A stretch of 64,000 bases of DNA. Source: an uncultured cyanobacterium (GTDB lineage: Bacteria > Cyanobacteriota > Cyanobacteriia > Pseudanabaenales > Pseudanabaenaceae). The position numbers and the translations under genes are program-made. The stretch spans positions 3,040,001-3,104,000 of the forward strand of contig OY969811.1 in the NCBI GenBank assembly GCA_963703315.1. The letters run 5' to 3'. Each line of letters starts with the position of its first letter. Position 1 is the first letter of the stretch. Of this stretch, positions 61,006 to 64,000 are shown piece by piece. The notes beneath the pieces are model-generated. The model made no database searches and was not told the DNA's origin. It saw only the letters and a program-made list of their open reading frames with translations.

Positions 61006-61716
61006 TTATTTGCGGACAGCTTCAATCAGGCGTGAGAAATAAAATGAGGTAGCGGTAAATTCTTTACGTTTGATTGTGAAGCCTAACTTCTTGAGAACCC
61101 CGATCACATCAGATTCTTTGTGCAGATAGGCGCGAGTTGCCTTGCTAGGACCTGGAACCATGTCGCCGACTTTTTTCATCAACAGATAGTAAGGATTTTT
61201 GGGGGCAAAGCTGAGAATTAAGCGCGATTTGGCGAGGGAGGCGAGATGCTCGATCATTAATTCTGATTCGCGATCAGGATAATGAATCAATACATCTAGA
61301 CAGATTACCGTGTCGTATTCGCCAGACAAAGCGGCTAAGTCTTTAACTTCAAAAACAGGATTTTCAGGATCGGTGGCGCGACTTTTACCTTCACCAACCA
61401 TTTTCTCAGAAATATCGCTGGCGTATACCTTTGCGCCCATTTCAGCGAGGGGAATGCTCAAGCTACCAGTACCACAACCTGCATCACAGACGGTTTGCTC
61501 AGAGGCATTTTTGTCATTTTTAAACCATCCCAACACATAATCGACGGTTTGTTGATGTCCAGTCCGAATATCGCGTTGGACACGGTTAACATCACTACCT
61601 TCACCATAGATGCGCCGCCAGCGATCGAAGCCAGTGGAATTAAAGTAATCGCGAACTATTTCCTTATCTTTAGGTGCTTTTGAATTTGAGTTCTTAGTGA
61701 GAGCTTGATTAGCCAT
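61006..61716 (-). CDS. chlM: Mg-protoporphyrin IX methyltransferase
   Basis: YFNSTGFDRWRRIYG, DAGCGTG, CLDVLIHYP. Confidence 0.96.
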   Translation of the reverse strand: MANQALTKNSNSKAPKDKEIVRDYFNSTGFDRWRRIYGEGSDVNRVQRDIRTGHQQTVDYVLGWFKNDKNASEQTVCDAGCGTGSLSIPLAEMGAKVYASDISEKMVGEGKSRATDPENPVFEVKDLAALSGEYDTVICLDVLIHYPDRESELMIEHLASLAKSRLILSFAPKNPYYLLMKKVGDMVPGPSKATRAYLHKESDVIGVLKKLGFTIKRKEFTATSFYFSRLIEAVRK

Positions 61717-61835
61717 GTTTGTGAAGAAAGTTTACAAAAAAATGATTTTAACCCAGAAATGAAAGGCGGCGCATCGCGCCGCCTTTCATTTCTGGGTTTT
61801 ATATTAAACTAAAGCAGATACCAGAAAAATTTGCT

Positions 61836-62846
61836 ATGCAACTCAATCGCATCATTGCTCTTGTTTTAGTCGCTGTTTGCTTCATTTCCGCAACCTTTGG
61901 CATCCAACGCCGCCAAATGGAGGAGTCCTTAAGTTTAAAGAAAGTACTCGATCGCGATCGCCTTGAACTGGTTTCCTTAGATGGTGCAATTACGGGAGCT
62001 AGGGCTTCATCATCAGGGGCAATGGCAGTACGCGATCGCCTACGGGAACTGATTGAAGACGAATCTGTAAAGGGAGTTTTGCTATCGATTAATAGCCCTG
62101 GGGGAACGGTTGGTGCAAGTAAGGAGCTATACGCAGCCGTTAAGGACTTGAGCGAGAAAAAGCCTGTCGTCGTGAGTATGCTCGATCAAGCTACCAGTGG
62201 CGGCTACTATGCAGCGAGTTCCGCAACTAAAATTTATGCAAATGCTGGCACATTGACGGGTAGCATTGGCGTAATTTTAAGCGGCTTTAATGCGAAGGAA
62301 TTACTCGATAAAGTTGGTATCCAGCCCCAAACAATCAAAACGGGTCCTTACAAAGATATTTTTTCGCCATTTCGTGAATTAGGTGAGCCAGAGCGTCAGC
62401 TTCTCCAAGAGCTTTTGCAAAGTACCTATCAAGAATTTATTACCGATGTTTCTAAAGGACGTAAGCTCGATTTAGAAGTGGTGCGAAAACTTGCCGATGG
62501 TCGAATTTATACGGGTCGCCAAGCTAAGGACAACAAGCTCGTTGACGCGATCGGTACTTTAGACGAAGCCTCTGCCGATCTCAGAACTTTGGCGAAAAAG
62601 AAATTTAATTTACCTGAAGGCAAGGAATTACCAATTCGCAAGTCCCCTGCCTCCTTTGAAAGAATTTTAGATCAATTGCTCAGTCAGTCCAATGTGAGCA
62701 TTGCTCTACCATTTTTTGATCTGGCAGGAAATGGCAAGCTTTCTGGGGCGATCGCCGATCAGCTAACCTCAAAACTCGCAGGTCACAATATGCAAGCAGG
62801 CAATTACGATCCACCAATTCTATTAATGCCCAGTTGGGTTAATTAA
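61836..62846 (+). CDS. sppA: Signal peptide peptidase
   Basis: INSPGG, SGGYY, TGSIGV, K.G.YKD, ADGRIYTG. Confidence 0.93.
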   Translation: MQLNRIIALVLVAVCFISATFGIQRRQMEESLSLKKVLDRDRLELVSLDGAITGARASSSGAMAVRDRLRELIEDESVKGVLLSINSPGGTVGASKELYAAVKDLSEKKPVVVSMLDQATSGGYYAASSATKIYANAGTLTGSIGVILSGFNAKELLDKVGIQPQTIKTGPYKDIFSPFRELGEPERQLLQELLQSTYQEFITDVSKGRKLDLEVVRKLADGRIYTGRQAKDNKLVDAIGTLDEASADLRTLAKKKFNLPEGKELPIRKSPASFERILDQLLSQSNVSIALPFFDLAGNGKLSGAIADQLTSKLAGHNMQAGNYDPPILLMPSWVN

Positions 62847-62876
62847 TAAAAAAGGCGCAAAGCGCCTTTTTTTGTT

Positions 62877-63122
62877 TTAGGGTTTAGCGATTTTTTGTTT
62901 GACTTTAGAAATCACACCGCTAGCGATCGCCCCAGCCATGACAATACCTAGCACAGGCTGAATCAGTGGTTCCCATAGTTGTCGCCATAGCTCTAAACCG
63001 AGATTAACCTTGAGGGTTTCGCCACCGAGGGCAACGAGTAGCCATACAAAAAAGAAAAATACTAAGAACAAATTGAACATCAAAAATTTGTTCGTCCAGC
63101 GTCCGATAGTTTCCATAGTCAT
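62877..63122 (-). CDS. Small membrane protein
   Basis: Two TMs, LW..LW.PLIQP.LGI.M.GA. Confidence 0.65.
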   Translation of the reverse strand: MTMETIGRWTNKFLMFNLFLVFFFFVWLLVALGGETLKVNLGLELWRQLWEPLIQPVLGIVMAGAIASGVISKVKQKIAKP

Positions 63123-63367
63123 TAAAAATATGATTTTTTTATCTACAGCGCTTTGCGCTGACATGAGAACCAATAATTTTGTTAAAAGTCTTGCTTTGCA
63201 AGACTTTTAACAAAATTATTGTGGTTCGCTTGGTTTTAAAAACAATCGGGGTAACGTTGCCGTCACCCCAATTGTTGATATCGTTTTTGTTTTATAAATG
63301 CGTCAGTACAAATGTACTTAAAAGTTTTTTATAAGTTTTTTGGTTAAGTCAAGACTTAAATTTAAAC

Positions 63368-63505
63368 CTATTTGAAACCAACTGCGGCTTGCCATACAAA
63401 AGCAAGTAGCAAGAAGAATACAGGAATCACGGGAAGAACGTTTACCAGTGGATCGAAAATTCTATACGCTTCAGGTAACGTTGCAATCAATAGACTAAGT
63501 GGCAT
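63368..63505 (-). CDS. psbK: Photosystem II protein K
   Basis: [34 protein letters not shown]; start ATG 63505 after GGAGG. Confidence 0.96.
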   Translation of the reverse strand: MPLSLLIATLPEAYRIFDPLVNVLPVIPVFFLLLAFVWQAAVGFK

Positions 63506-63712
63506 TAAAAATAGACCTCCTTCAAGAGCTAAGATGAATTTTACCACGTCAAAGAAGCCATTCTTTTCTGAAAACTTTTTATGCGTAGTATCTTTATAGC
63601 GATCGCCAGTCTTGCTAGGAAAAACCCCAGAAGAGATTTGCGGCGCATCGCGCCGCAAATCTCTTCTGAGCATCAAAAAGAAAAAGGCGGCGCGATGCGT
63701 CGCCTTTTTCTT

Positions 63713-64000
<288 letters not shown>

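Overview
Cyanobacterial chromosomal segment. HIP1 GCGATCGC is very abundant, psaM, psbK, chlM and ccsA are present, and the gene content and repeats suggest a Pseudanabaena-like filamentous strain (inference). It carries housekeeping genes (clpP, glmM, fabD, cobO, sufS, adk, dprA, cysA, hemC, sppA, ATP synthase gamma, tRNA-Asp), c-di-GMP and two-component signalling genes, two toxin-antitoxin-rich accessory clusters, and many TA-flanked palindromic mini-elements. The main find is two near-identical IS110 (IS621-like) bridge-recombinase elements inserted back-to-back into both ends of one GTAG-type REP doublet. Their bridge-RNA target and donor guides can be read directly from the sequence, and an empty, mismatched copy of the same REP lies 17 kb away. 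Also notable: a periplasmic-binding-protein/pentameric-ion-channel fusion facing a second Pro-loop-like gene; an IS-interrupted LRR-Roc-COR gene with 69-bp tandem repeats; an IS1-disrupted mfd 5' remnant; and palindromic elements inserted in frame inside genes. All protein calls come from motif recognition, with no database searches run.
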